Source: a virus. From it: a stretch of 64,000 nt of DNA. Made by a program: the position numbers and the translations under genes. The stretch lies in IMG/VR virus record IMGVR_UViG_3300035698_026991, positions 1,202 through 65,201 of that record, one strand, 5' to 3'. Within the stretch, counting starts at the first letter, position 1. Each line of letters starts with the position of its first letter. Shown here piece by piece: positions 37,918 to 47,023 of this stretch. The notes beneath the pieces were generated by a model, which made no database searches, was not told where the DNA came from, and worked only from the letters and a program-made list of their open reading frames with translations.

Positions 37918-39408
37918 ATGAAACTAATCGAATTCCAAAAAGTGGGAGAGATGCTCGCTAGAGAGCATAAAATAAGAATCACAGAAGGAAAAGGTTGGGC
38001 AGCAAACATAAAAAACAGAGCAGTATTCTACAAGAAAGATGATATCTATAATCTACCAGAAGACCATATTCTTGGTCTTCTGCTCCACGAGATTGCTCAC
38101 ATCCACTACACACAAGATGTTGCTATGCCCAAAAAGAACGAGGAACTATCAGGAATAACCCTAAATATGTTAGAAGACATATCTGTCGAAAACATAATTG
38201 GTAACGACTATCCAAACGCAGCTGAAATTCTAGAATCAACAAAAGTAGAAGTTCTAGATACATTGATAAAAATGTTACCATCAATGAATAACATATCAGT
38301 ATATGAAAAAGCTTTACTGTATGCTGCAACAAGATTCGAAGGTAGAGGTTATGCCTTTAGCATTACAAAATATGAAAAACTAGGAGAAAAGATTTCAAAA
38401 ATAATGCTAAGAAAGAAAAATGAAATACTTAGAAGAAACGAAACAAAAGACTTAATGCCAATAGTAAAAGAAATTGTTGATCTAATGGTAAAAGAAGAAG
38501 GCGAACCAACAGACGAAGAAAAAGAAAGAATGCAACAAAGTATTTCAAGAGAAGGAAATGCTAATAGTCAACAACAAGGAGGAGAAACACAAGAAGAAAA
38601 AATTGGTAAATTAAAAGCTGGAACAGGTTGGGAAAAAGGACCTGAAATAGATAGACATTTAACTTTTGTTGATCAAATAGCTGACCAAGCTACAAAAATA
38701 GGAAAAGAACTAAGAACAGTTCTTAAAAGAAACAATGCTATGGAATATGGGGGAAGATACCGATCAGGAAAACTCTTAGCAAAAAGATTTGTAAGAGTTA
38801 GAGCTTTAAACGATCGAAACCCATTCACCAGGAGAATTGTTAAAAGTAATCAAAGTTATGCTTTCGCTTTAGCGTCAGATATATCAGGATCAATGTTTAA
38901 TGGAGGAGAAAATAATTATGGAAGTTATGCTTTAAGTTCATTACACATGGTAGGAGAAGCATTAAGATATGCATCAATACCACGATCAATGACTATCTTT
39001 GGAGAATATGCTAACACAGTTGCCCCAATGGGAAAAAGTAAAATAAACTGGGATCAATTAGCAAATGTAATAGATGTTAGAAAAGCTAATCAAGGAGGAA
39101 CAAGAATAGATAAAGCAATAGAAGCTTGTACAAAAGAATTAGGTAAAGTAGTAGCAGAAAGAAAAATAATGATTGTTCTAACAGATGGATCAAGTGATCT
39201 AAGTGATATGAGGAAAGCTCATAAGAAAGCAACAAAAGCAGGCATTGAATGTTTAGGAATTACTATCGGAGATGGTTATAATAGTAGTTATATGGACGAT
39301 ACATTCACTCCTAAGAAAAACACAAAAATTGAAGATACGGGAGATACAGAACTAATAGGAACAGAATTTATTAAAATCTTAAAGACATCCGTAGCAATGT
39401 CTAAATAA
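37918..39408 (+). CDS. von Willebrand factor A (vWA) domain protein, MoxR partner
   Basis: MIDAS DxSxS motif AFALASDISGSM and downstream VLTDGSSD. N-terminal HEIAHIHY could be a metal-binding motif. Confidence 0.7.
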   Translation: MKLIEFQKVGEMLAREHKIRITEGKGWAANIKNRAVFYKKDDIYNLPEDHILGLLLHEIAHIHYTQDVAMPKKNEELSGITLNMLEDISVENIIGNDYPNAAEILESTKVEVLDTLIKMLPSMNNISVYEKALLYAATRFEGRGYAFSITKYEKLGEKISKIMLRKKNEILRRNETKDLMPIVKEIVDLMVKEEGEPTDEEKERMQQSISREGNANSQQQGGETQEEKIGKLKAGTGWEKGPEIDRHLTFVDQIADQATKIGKELRTVLKRNNAMEYGGRYRSGKLLAKRFVRVRALNDRNPFTRRIVKSNQSYAFALASDISGSMFNGGENNYGSYALSSLHMVGEALRYASIPRSMTIFGEYANTVAPMGKSKINWDQLANVIDVRKANQGGTRIDKAIEACTKELGKVVAERKIMIVLTDGSSDLSDMRKAHKKATKAGIECLGITIGDGYNSSYMDDTFTPKKNTKIEDTGDTELIGTEFIKILKTSVAMSK

Positions 39409-39414
39409 ACAATT

Positions 39415-39633
39415 ATGAAAAATTTTGATAGTGCTGACGTAGCAGAAATAGCACATGAGAGAACCAAAGAGGAGTGTAAAAAGAAAAGAATTACACTCGA
39501 CAAACCAGAAGATGAAAATGGAAATATACATTACACCGACAAAGCACAAGATATTTTCAATCATCATTTTGACGAGGTTGAAGCAAAATTTGAAAAAGAC
39601 TTAATAGATTTAGAAACACACAAAAAGAACTAG
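39415..39633 (+). CDS. hypothetical protein
   Basis: 72 aa. Confidence 0.4.
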   Translation: MKNFDSADVAEIAHERTKEECKKKRITLDKPEDENGNIHYTDKAQDIFNHHFDEVEAKFEKDLIDLETHKKN

Positions 39634-39679
39634 TTACAAGTTAAGAACCTGCAGGTCGGCAGTAACCGGCCAATAAAAA

Positions 39680-40081
39680 ATGGAAAAAGAACTAAAAAGC
39701 TTAGTGATACATATTGACGAACACAGTAAAGGTGGATTTGGGTATTCTATTTACAAAACACAAGAAGATCTAGAAAATGGAGAAGATGAATTAGACGGAG
39801 GAATTTGCACAAGCACATTAGAAAATGCATTAGAAATGGCAACAGATCAAGCAAAAGATTTGTTAAAAAGACTAAACATAAGCAAAAAAGAAGAAGAAAA
39901 AGCAAATTCAGTAATGCAAACAAAACTTCACTTACTTGAAAAAATATTAAAAGATATGAATATTGCTGTAGCTTGTGATGAAGAATGGAATACTATATTT
40001 GGAAAATGGGAAATCGCAATAGATGAGGATACAAACAGACCTGTAATATTTGGTTTAAGTGGAACTGAAATAGATCAATAA
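39680..40081 (+). CDS. hypothetical acidic protein
   Basis: 133 aa. Confidence 0.4.
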   Translation: MEKELKSLVIHIDEHSKGGFGYSIYKTQEDLENGEDELDGGICTSTLENALEMATDQAKDLLKRLNISKKEEEKANSVMQTKLHLLEKILKDMNIAVACDEEWNTIFGKWEIAIDEDTNRPVIFGLSGTEIDQ

Positions 40082-40085
40082 AATT

Positions 40086-40334
40086 ATGAAAACTATAAAC
40101 ATAACATTAATCGATGATTCTGACTGGAAAAATCCTTATCGTAGTCATAGAGATTTTGATGTTCCAAAAAGTCTTAGATATCATTATATTCAAAGAAAGA
40201 TAGAAGAAATTATTCAAGATGAAAAAGAAAACAACAATGAATATTGTGATGAATCAATTTTTGAGAGAATTAGTAATTTAAAAGGATTTAAACCCGTAAG
40301 TCAAACAATAAATTATTTTGAATTTGACTTTTAA
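40086..40334 (+). CDS. hypothetical protein
   Basis: 82 aa. Confidence 0.4.
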   Translation: MKTINITLIDDSDWKNPYRSHRDFDVPKSLRYHYIQRKIEEIIQDEKENNNEYCDESIFERISNLKGFKPVSQTINYFEFDF

Positions 40335-40345
40335 AATTAAATAAA

Positions 40346-40876
40346 ATGAAAAAAAAGAAAACCCCAAGAGAACTTAGAGAAAAAGATGTACCAATGTACA
40401 TAAGCGAAGAAAACAAAATGGACCCAGAAATGTTAAGTAATTTCTTAAACAACAACGGAGAACCCCAACCCGTAATAGAAATGAATCAAGATGAAGTTAT
40501 GCCTTTGTATATATTCATAGCTAAATTCGAAAGTGGAATGGCGAAGACCAAAAAAGATGAAGTCAACATAAATTTAATGATGACAGTCATTCATCTAAAG
40601 GAAACCAACACACTTGAAGTTAGAGGAAGAATGAAATATGAAGATACAGGAAGAAAAACAATATTCAAAATCCCCAAAGTCCTTAAAATCTCAGAACTAA
40701 AGGAAGCAAAAGAAGTCATAAATGAATTTTATACTGGTATGATAAAAGACTTACCTTTTGAACCAACCGATATACCATTCGAACTAGAATTTGGAATAGA
40801 TGAAGATGCTAAAAGTATTATTAAAAAGTTAGACGATAGTAACCAATTTGATATTGGAACTATTAAGAAAAAATAA
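40346..40876 (+). CDS. hypothetical protein
   Basis: 176 aa. Confidence 0.4.
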   Translation: MKKKKTPRELREKDVPMYISEENKMDPEMLSNFLNNNGEPQPVIEMNQDEVMPLYIFIAKFESGMAKTKKDEVNINLMMTVIHLKETNTLEVRGRMKYEDTGRKTIFKIPKVLKISELKEAKEVINEFYTGMIKDLPFEPTDIPFELEFGIDEDAKSIIKKLDDSNQFDIGTIKKK

Positions 40877-40877
40877 T

Positions 40878-41324
40878 ATGCCAAACTGGTGTAATAACAA
40901 CGCAAAAATTGTAGGAGATGAAAAAGAATTGAAAAAGTTCTCGAAAAAAATAAAAAAGAAAAAAGAATTCCTAAATTCATTTATACCAATCCCTAAAGAA
41001 TTAAAAGGGACAACAAGTCCTACAAAAAAAAGAGATTTAAATCTAATACTAAAATACAAAGCAGATAATTGGTATGATTGGAATATAATAAATTGGGGTA
41101 CCAAATGGGATTTTGAAATCTTTGGTCTTAATGATCAAGATGAATATGAAAGAACATTTTCATTTGATTCACCTTGGGGACCACCACTCACAGGATTTAA
41201 GAAAATATCTGAAAAATTTCCAGAACTAACATTCTTTCTAGAATATGAAGAACCTGGTATGGGATTCAAAGGACTAGCAAAAATAAAGAATGGAAAAATT
41301 GATGATAAATGTTTTGATTATTAG
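40878..41324 (+). CDS. hypothetical protein with N-terminal MPNWCNN motif (DUF1281-like by recollection)
   Basis: Start moved to the in-frame ATG 40878. MPNWCNNNAKIVG ... NWGTKWD pattern. Confidence 0.35.
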   Translation: MPNWCNNNAKIVGDEKELKKFSKKIKKKKEFLNSFIPIPKELKGTTSPTKKRDLNLILKYKADNWYDWNIINWGTKWDFEIFGLNDQDEYERTFSFDSPWGPPLTGFKKISEKFPELTFFLEYEEPGMGFKGLAKIKNGKIDDKCFDY

Positions 41325-41339
41325 CTAAGAAATAAAAAA

Positions 41340-41630
41340 ATGAAAGTAATAATCCCAGCAAATAGTCAATTACCAAAACTAAAAGGAAAAACTATTGTAA
41401 CGAAAATCAAAGGAACTCATATGGTATTAGTAGGAGAACAATTACCATCCAAAAACTGGAATATATATACAGAATGTAAAGAAATAAATTACAGAAAAAA
41501 GATATTTGAAAATGTATCAACAGAAAAATTTAATTCATTAACAAGAATATCTCAAAAAAATCTTGCAAATTTCAACTTCAATAATTTCCTAAAAAAGTTT
41601 GTTAAAAAGATTATAAAAATTATTAATTAA
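41340..41630 (+). CDS. hypothetical protein
   Basis: 96 aa. Last gene of the plus-strand block. Confidence 0.4.
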   Translation: MKVIIPANSQLPKLKGKTIVTKIKGTHMVLVGEQLPSKNWNIYTECKEINYRKKIFENVSTEKFNSLTRISQKNLANFNFNNFLKKFVKKIIKIIN

Positions 41631-41632
41631 AC

Positions 41633-41668
41633 AAAAAACCACGAATAATAATATTCGTGGTTTTTTTT
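41633..41668 (+). terminator. rho-independent terminator (bidirectional)
   Basis: AAAAAACCACGAATA-ATA-ATATTCGTGGTTTTTTTT. Perfect 10-bp stem with A-run and T8. Confidence 0.8.
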
Positions 41669-41865
41669 AACAATAGCAATAAAAAAATCATTAATCCCCA
41701 TAAGCCGAAAAAATAGCTTTTTTTAACAAAAAAGTAAGATCAAAATCACAAAAAATAAAATCCAACCTAGTCTTTCATATATCTTATCTAATTTTCTTTC
41801 CATAACGTTTAATTAATTTTTAACTTATAATACACTTTTTATCTTTTTACTAATAATTTTATTTT

Positions 41866-41903
41866 TAAAAAAGGGACTGTTTATACTCAGAATCGTCCCT
41901 TTT
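41866..41903 (-). terminator. rho-independent terminator for minus-strand gene 41921..42190
   Basis: GGGAC-17 nt loop-GTCCC, with A-run on plus (T-run on minus). Confidence 0.5.
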
Positions 41904-41920
41904 ATGAGTTGTTAAATAAT

Positions 41921-42190
41921 CTATTGTTGATTTCTTCTGATGTCATCAATAGCACGAGTAAGTGAATCTTGTAGCTTCTCCAGTTTCCGTTTGATAATAT
42001 AACTGTGATTCTGCACAAGGTGTCTTTTGAGTCCCTTTTTAATCTTTTGAATCTCACTAATGATGCCCCCTGCAAGACAGTTAACTCCAGAGCATTCATC
42101 AAAAGAGCTACTTTGTTTATTCCTAAGTTCAATTTTGAATTGTTTGACATGCCTATCAACCTCCTTTTCCCAATCCGTTCTCTTTTTCAT
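41921..42190 (-). CDS. hypothetical basic protein
   Basis: 89 aa. Preferred over the overlapping 41902..42159. Confidence 0.35.
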   Translation of the reverse strand: MKKRTDWEKEVDRHVKQFKIELRNKQSSSFDECSGVNCLAGGIISEIQKIKKGLKRHLVQNHSYIIKRKLEKLQDSLTRAIDDIRRNQQ

Positions 42191-42350
42191 TTTCTTCTCC
42201 CTCCTTATAAATGTGAGTTGCTTTACAATTCATACAGGTATACATTTTCTTATTAAGAAAATCTTCTGCCCATTCTTCTTTTCTATCAGGACCAATAACT
42301 GCATAACCTTGCAAATTAAGATCCTTACTACCACAAGTTTTACATTTCAT
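42156..42350 (-). CDS. zinc-ribbon protein
   Basis: CKTC...CMNC four-Cys arrangement, 64 aa. Confidence 0.4.
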   Translation of the reverse strand: MKCKTCGSKDLNLQGYAVIGPDRKEEWAEDFLNKKMYTCMNCKATHIYKEGEENEKENGLGKGG

Positions 42351-42616
42351 TAGTCAAACTCCTTTTCATTTAAATAAATTTTAACAAACTTAATTTCACC
42401 TTTCCAGAAGTAGTCAACCAAGTATTCTATAATTTCATCAGGAGTCATATTACCAAATATCCTATGATAATTATTGTGAGCACCAACATTTATGATTGCA
42501 ATATTTTCATTGCAACCATTACCTCCACGACTGGTAGGTATAACGTGATGTCTACTTGGAGAATTTGGGTTTTCATTCTTTCGTCTTGTTTTCCGGCATT
42601 TCTTTTTCCTTCCCAT
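42350..42616 (-). CDS. HNH endonuclease
   Basis: SRHHVIPTSRGGNGCNENIAIINVGAHNNYHRIFG matches the HNH core (H-H ... N ... H..YH). Confidence 0.7.
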   Translation of the reverse strand: MGRKKKCRKTRRKNENPNSPSRHHVIPTSRGGNGCNENIAIINVGAHNNYHRIFGNMTPDEIIEYLVDYFWKGEIKFVKIYLNEKEFD

Positions 42617-42845
42617 TTTGTCCTCCTTTTAATAATATCCCATTTTAACTAAAATGTTATAAATGTAATGGTATTTTTCAAAAGTTAAAGGAATTAAAGT
42701 AACAGCAATTTCAACTATTTTTAATATCATACATACATAGATAATTATTACTATTATTTTTAATGTTTCCATAATTCACCTCCTCTATTTAACTTTAAAA
42801 GAGCTATACCAATTACTTTTATTGTCATCTCAGACACTTATTTTT

Positions 42846-42873
42846 AAAAAAGGGGAAGTTATACTCATTCCCC
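42846..42873 (-). terminator. rho-independent terminator for gene 42887..43177
   Basis: GGGGAA-loop-TTCCCC with A-run on plus. Shares the loop core TTATACTCA with the terminator at 41866. Confidence 0.45.
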
Positions 42874-42886
42874 AAGAGTGTTAAGA

Positions 42887-43177
42887 TTAAATATCAAATT
42901 CGCAATTCTTCACGCCAGTAACAAAGGCGTCCCATTCAGTCAGGGTAAAATCAAGAGTTGTGTCTTCTGGGTCCTTAGTATCTCTGACCTGGACACTCTT
43001 CTTCCCGATTTTGACGGCAACACAGTCGAACCATTTCCAGGTTGCGCTGCTACAGATAAAACCGTCTTTTTCTTTTCGGCCGTCAGCATTCTTAACATAC
43101 CTTGATTTAACAGATTTAATCAGCTTCATTTGAGCCTCCTTATTGATATTTACTTCAAAGAACAGTCCAATTCTCAC
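42887..43177 (-). CDS. hypothetical protein (locally GC-enriched gene)
   Basis: 96 aa. Coding sequence visibly GC-richer than surroundings. Confidence 0.4.
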   Translation of the reverse strand: MRIGLFFEVNINKEAQMKLIKSVKSRYVKNADGRKEKDGFICSSATWKWFDCVAVKIGKKSVQVRDTKDPEDTTLDFTLTEWDAFVTGVKNCEFDI

Positions 43178-43364
43178 ATTAAGAACTGGACAGAGAGGAT
43201 AAGAGATATGTTTTATCTAGAATAAACTCTTATACAGCGGTGCAAACTACATTTGTAATTTATTTTCCGCCTTACCAACTTCATACCCCTTCGGATACTA
43301 CATTGTGCCTTATAGCCGTTTGCAAGGGCTATTATTCAGCCACCTCTCTGTTCAGTTTTCAATA

Positions 43365-43751
43365 TTACTTATTTGTCTCAATCTTTAATACTTTTCTAAA
43401 TAATTTATCATTATGATCCATGTTTTTCATAACCTGTAAATCTACATTAAAAAATGTAGCAATTTTTTGAGCTGTATCTTTCATTAAAGGTCTTTCTAAT
43501 TCTCCTACATATACTTCAACAGGACAAGAAATCATTGAACACATTTCTCTGATATCTTTATCTCCATTTTCCATTTTAACATAGTCATCACCAATTTCTG
43601 CTATTGTGTCCAAAAACAGTGGGGTAGGCGAAATCAACACAATCTTATCGAAGTTTACTTTTGTAGCCAAATCCATCAAGGCATACCCCCCTAAAGAGAA
43701 CCCGAACCAGGTTCTCTTTCCATTTATTTCTCTTTCTTTTATTAAATCCAT
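43365..43751 (-). CDS. alpha/beta-hydrolase-fold fragment protein (GxSxG), paralog 1
   Basis: WFGFSLGGYALMDL nucleophile elbow but only 128 aa. Paralogous to 46148..46561. Confidence 0.45.
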   Translation of the reverse strand: MDLIKEREINGKRTWFGFSLGGYALMDLATKVNFDKIVLISPTPLFLDTIAEIGDDYVKMENGDKDIREMCSMISCPVEVYVGELERPLMKDTAQKIATFFNVDLQVMKNMDHNDKLFRKVLKIETNK

Positions 43752-43752
43752 A

Positions 43753-44538
43753 TTATTTATCTATTAACCACGTCTTACTTATTTCTTCTATCCTCTTTTT
43801 TATATTTGGAAGAGGGTGAGTCATAATTGTTCCCAGCACTGTCGAAACTCTTTTAGCTCTGTCACTTGTTAATTCATCTAGTTCTTTTTTAGAAATAACT
43901 TCGTGAGGATGGTTAAACATTTCCATTATCTCACTAGGTGAGATTGTTCCTTCGTTAAACAAATGATGAGGCCCTCTAACGCCTTGCCTCCCAATCAATT
44001 TACCTATTTCTGGAATCATATCTTCTAAAATGGTTGCAGATTCTTGAGTATTTACAACTTTTGTATACTTCAACAATTTATCAATTGTATTACGAGAATG
44101 ACTTTTCTCTGAAATTAACAATCTTGGACGAATTATTAGAGTATTAGGATCAATTTCCATGATCAGTCGTTCTGCCATTAGTTTTGTTTCTGTATAAAAA
44201 CATTGTGGATTCTGATCACTATCTTCGTATTTTACATCTGTTTCATCATCTGATTTGAAAATACAAGCTGAAGAAAAGAACACATGTTTGACACCAGCGT
44301 TAAGAGCAACAACAGCAACATGTGCCGCATCAATCACATTTACATCGAAAGCTGCCATTTTGTTTTCTTCACACCAATCTATAGATGTTCTCGCTGCCGT
44401 ATTTATCACGACATCATAATCCATTAAATCATTTGTTGTTATATCATTTAATCTCTTATTCCAGATATCAGCTCCTAAATGCTCTGCTAATGGTAGTCCA
44501 ACGAAACCTTTTCCTATTACAAGTATTTTTTTATTCAT
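43753..44538 (-). CDS. NAD-dependent sugar epimerase/reductase, dTDP-4-dehydrorhamnose reductase (RmlD)-like
   Basis: MNKKILVIGKGFVG Rossmann start and YTETKLMAE (YxxxK) motif. 261 aa. Confidence 0.5.
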   Translation of the reverse strand: MNKKILVIGKGFVGLPLAEHLGADIWNKRLNDITTNDLMDYDVVINTAARTSIDWCEENKMAAFDVNVIDAAHVAVVALNAGVKHVFFSSACIFKSDDETDVKYEDSDQNPQCFYTETKLMAERLIMEIDPNTLIIRPRLLISEKSHSRNTIDKLLKYTKVVNTQESATILEDMIPEIGKLIGRQGVRGPHHLFNEGTISPSEIMEMFNHPHEVISKKELDELTSDRAKRVSTVLGTIMTHPLPNIKKRIEEISKTWLIDK

Positions 44539-44846
44539 CTTTTTTTACAATTATCTAATAAATCTTCTTCTGTAGCGTCTGGGAATTCTTTTAAATATTC
44601 CTCTCTAGTAAATCTTTCAGCATTTAATGCTACTACTTTAATAAACTTTCTTTTTCCAATTTTGAATATTGATGTTACGCCGCCAGCTACGTCATCTACA
44701 GTGACAGTCCTCCAATCACTAGGGTGAGGAAGCTTCTCACCAGTCCAGACAATTTGAGTCTTAACTCCTCCTTGCTTAATCAAACGAGTTGCTTCGCCTT
44801 TTGACTTACAGTATTTATGTTTTACTAAAAAATCTTTTATATTCAT
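44535..44846 (-). CDS. hypothetical protein (possible S4-like RNA-binding domain)
   Basis: GEATRLIKQGGVK resembles an S4 domain segment. Weak. Confidence 0.25.
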   Translation of the reverse strand: MNIKDFLVKHKYCKSKGEATRLIKQGGVKTQIVWTGEKLPHPSDWRTVTVDDVAGGVTSIFKIGKRKFIKVVALNAERFTREEYLKEFPDATEEDLLDNCKKR

Positions 44847-44852
44847 ATTTTT

Positions 44853-45071
44853 TTAATTTAATGGTTCTTCTGCCCAGATATAATCACATTTACAACATTG
44901 TCGAATGATCGCTTCAATCGGTTCCCAATCTTTAGTTGGGAAACCTATATTTTCAATATCTTTCATGTCTGGCAAACCATCATTATATTTATCTATCGAT
45001 GTGGACCCTCCACACTTTGGACACTTCCTACTGCTGTCATATTTTTTCATATTTTTATTTTTAGTAACCAA
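44853..45071 (-). CDS. zinc-ribbon protein
   Basis: CPKCGG ... CCKCDY. Confidence 0.4.
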   Translation of the reverse strand: MVTKNKNMKKYDSSRKCPKCGGSTSIDKYNDGLPDMKDIENIGFPTKDWEPIEAIIRQCCKCDYIWAEEPLN

Positions 45072-45475
45072 TCGTACTCAAATGGTTTCTCTAATTTAAT
45101 GTTCTTTCTAATTTTTTTGTCAGGTTTTTGAATTGAATCCCATTCATTCTTTCCGCAATGAATACATTTCCAATGCAGACCTGTTCCAAAAAATCTACGA
45201 AAAGTATTATCACAATTTTTAATATCTTTTTGGGCTTCTCTTACTTTTCTTAGATAATAATCATTGATAGATTCATTTGGATCACTCATCCATGAATAAT
45301 TAGGTTTAACTAATCTAAATTCATGTTGCCCTTTATTCTTCTTACATGGGTATTTCTTCTTCCAAAAACCACTAGGGAATTTTCTATCTTTTTCCTCCCT
45401 GTCTAATTTTGTTCTAATTTGACTAGAAGTTTTATCTGTATAACCCTTTTGTCTAATCTTTTTATATAAGCTCAT
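45047..45475 (-). CDS. hypothetical basic protein
   Basis: 142 aa, Lys/Arg-rich, CIHCG motif. Confidence 0.35.
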   Translation of the reverse strand: MSLYKKIRQKGYTDKTSSQIRTKLDREEKDRKFPSGFWKKKYPCKKNKGQHEFRLVKPNYSWMSDPNESINDYYLRKVREAQKDIKNCDNTFRRFFGTGLHWKCIHCGKNEWDSIQKPDKKIRKNIKLEKPFEYDWLLKIKI

Positions 45476-46151
45476 GATTCTTTTTTACATAGATGCTAGT
45501 TTTTAAAAGAGATTCAGGAGTACCCATGTCACTCCAGAAATGCTTAAGCTTTATAACATTCATCTCACCTTTTTTAAGATACCAGTTATTAACAGCTGTT
45601 ATTTCTAATTCATTTCGTTTCGAAGGTTTCAATGTTCTTATATAATCAAAAACTGTTGAATCATAAACATATAAACCCGTAACTGCTAATGAACTTTTTG
45701 GGTTATCTGGTTTTTCTATGATTAAATTGTCATGAAATACACCGAATCTTTCTGGAGAATCAACCCACTTAGTAAAAATAGTTGGACCTTTAATCTCTGA
45801 CCATTTTATTTTGTCTGCAAAAAAATTATCTCCTAGTATAACTGCAATATTTTCTTCCTTAGAAAAGTCTTCAGCTAAACCTAATGCTTGTGCTATTCCT
45901 CCTGCTTCTTTCTGGACTCTATAAGTTAAATTAACACCAAAGTCAGAACCATCTTTTAGGAAGTTAGCTATATCTCCTACATGATCACTACTAGAAATAA
46001 TAAGAATATCTGTAATAGACATATTCTTAAGGGTTTGTAATGGATACATAATCATAGGGACGTTAACTACAGGGACCATCTGTTTATTCATTACAGATGT
46101 TATCGGTGCTAACCGTGTTCCTTTACCTCCTGCCAGAATTATTCCTTTCAT
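45462..46151 (-). CDS. rfbA: glucose-1-phosphate thymidylyltransferase (short form)
   Basis: MKGIILAGGKGTRLAPIT ... VILGDNFF. Classic sugar-nucleotidyltransferase motifs. Confidence 0.75.
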   Translation of the reverse strand: MKGIILAGGKGTRLAPITSVMNKQMVPVVNVPMIMYPLQTLKNMSITDILIISSSDHVGDIANFLKDGSDFGVNLTYRVQKEAGGIAQALGLAEDFSKEENIAVILGDNFFADKIKWSEIKGPTIFTKWVDSPERFGVFHDNLIIEKPDNPKSSLAVTGLYVYDSTVFDYIRTLKPSKRNELEITAVNNWYLKKGEMNVIKLKHFWSDMGTPESLLKTSIYVKKNHELI

Positions 46152-46561
46152 AATGTTTTTTCTTTATTAGTTTTTAAATTTTTCTTATAAACGTAATTAA
46201 ATAATTCTTTTCCTCCTTTAGATCCTTTTACTATCTTAACCTCCTCTCCTAGATTATAAGCTATTTTTTCTGCGATCTCCTTTAAAACTTCAGACTCTTT
46301 TTCTCCAACAAAGACTTCAACAGGAGAAACTATAAAACCACAGCCTTCTGATAAAGTTTCCTCTAAAAGATAACTTCTAACAATTTTCAAATCCTCCCCC
46401 ATTTTCTTAAAAGTATCTTTAAACAAAGGACTTGGTGAAACTAAAACAACTTTCTCTAATTTCATTTTTTTTGCAAGATCTATTAATGCAATAGCTCCAA
46501 TTCCAAGACCGTAGTAATGTTTTTGATCTCCTACTTTTTTTGTTTTAATTAAACTATTCAT
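46148..46561 (-). CDS. alpha/beta-hydrolase-fold fragment protein, paralog 2 (nucleophile Ser replaced)
   Basis: YYGLGIGAIALIDL ... SPVEVFVGEKE parallels 43365..43751. GLGIG lacks the Ser. Confidence 0.4.
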   Translation of the reverse strand: MNSLIKTKKVGDQKHYYGLGIGAIALIDLAKKMKLEKVVLVSPSPLFKDTFKKMGEDLKIVRSYLLEETLSEGCGFIVSPVEVFVGEKESEVLKEIAEKIAYNLGEEVKIVKGSKGGKELFNYVYKKNLKTNKEKTL

Positions 46562-46562
46562 T

Positions 46563-46751
46563 TTATTTATTTAATCTAAATACAATTTTTAATAACCAGA
46601 TCTGGCAGACAACTATTCCTAATCCAATGAAGAAGTAAGTCCAGTCAGGAATACCTAAGGCAAAAGCCCCATCTAACCCCCCAATAGCTATAAGTCCTGT
46701 TACCCATATAGCTAGACTTTTAAGTGTCTCTAAGTCGTTCTTTTTTTTCAT
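46563..46751 (-). CDS. small membrane protein
   Basis: 62 aa, two hydrophobic helices. Confidence 0.4.
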   Translation of the reverse strand: MKKKNDLETLKSLAIWVTGLIAIGGLDGAFALGIPDWTYFFIGLGIVVCQIWLLKIVFRLNK

Positions 46752-46790
46752 ATTATTTTTTAGTTAATTAATAAGTTAATAATTTCTTTT

Positions 46791-46961
46791 TTAAAATCTC
46801 CAATCTAAAAATATCATTATCATTATCCCGAAAACCATTCCTAAAACCAGGCATGAGAAAAATTCTAATCCTGATGACATTACTGAATTACAAAAATCCA
46901 TTGCTTCAGGTAATGTTTCAAATTTGTTCGATAGTTGTAAGATACATTCTTCTTTTTGCAT
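46791..46961 (-). CDS. small membrane peptide (56 aa)
   Basis: Manual translation MQKEECILQLSNKF...LVLGMVFGIMIMIF. Directly served by the promoter at 46989..47016. Confidence 0.3.
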   Translation of the reverse strand: MQKEECILQLSNKFETLPEAMDFCNSVMSSGLEFFSCLVLGMVFGIMIMIFLDWRF

Positions 46962-46988
46962 ATTTTTTTTAATTAGTTTGTTAATATA

Positions 46989-47016
46989 AGTATATTCTTT
47001 TTAATTCACTTGTCAA
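46989..47016 (-). promoter_or_regulatory. sigma70-type promoter (TTGACA-N16-TATACT) on minus strand
   Basis: Minus-strand reading CTTGACAAGTGAATTAAAAAGAATATACT. Confidence 0.5.
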
Positions 47017-47023
47017 GTAATAT

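Noticed and set aside
41902-42159. ORF 41902..42159(-) and plus-strand ORFs 42005..42353
   Set aside because: They overlap 41921..42190 and the zinc-ribbon/HNH genes. The alternative minus-strand frames with recognisable motifs were chosen.
42618-42770. 47-aa hydrophobic minus-strand ORF (METLKIIVIIIYVCMIL..) upstream of the HNH gene
   Set aside because: It is possible, but it is extremely AT-rich and low-complexity and no start-signal context is visible. It is left uncalled.
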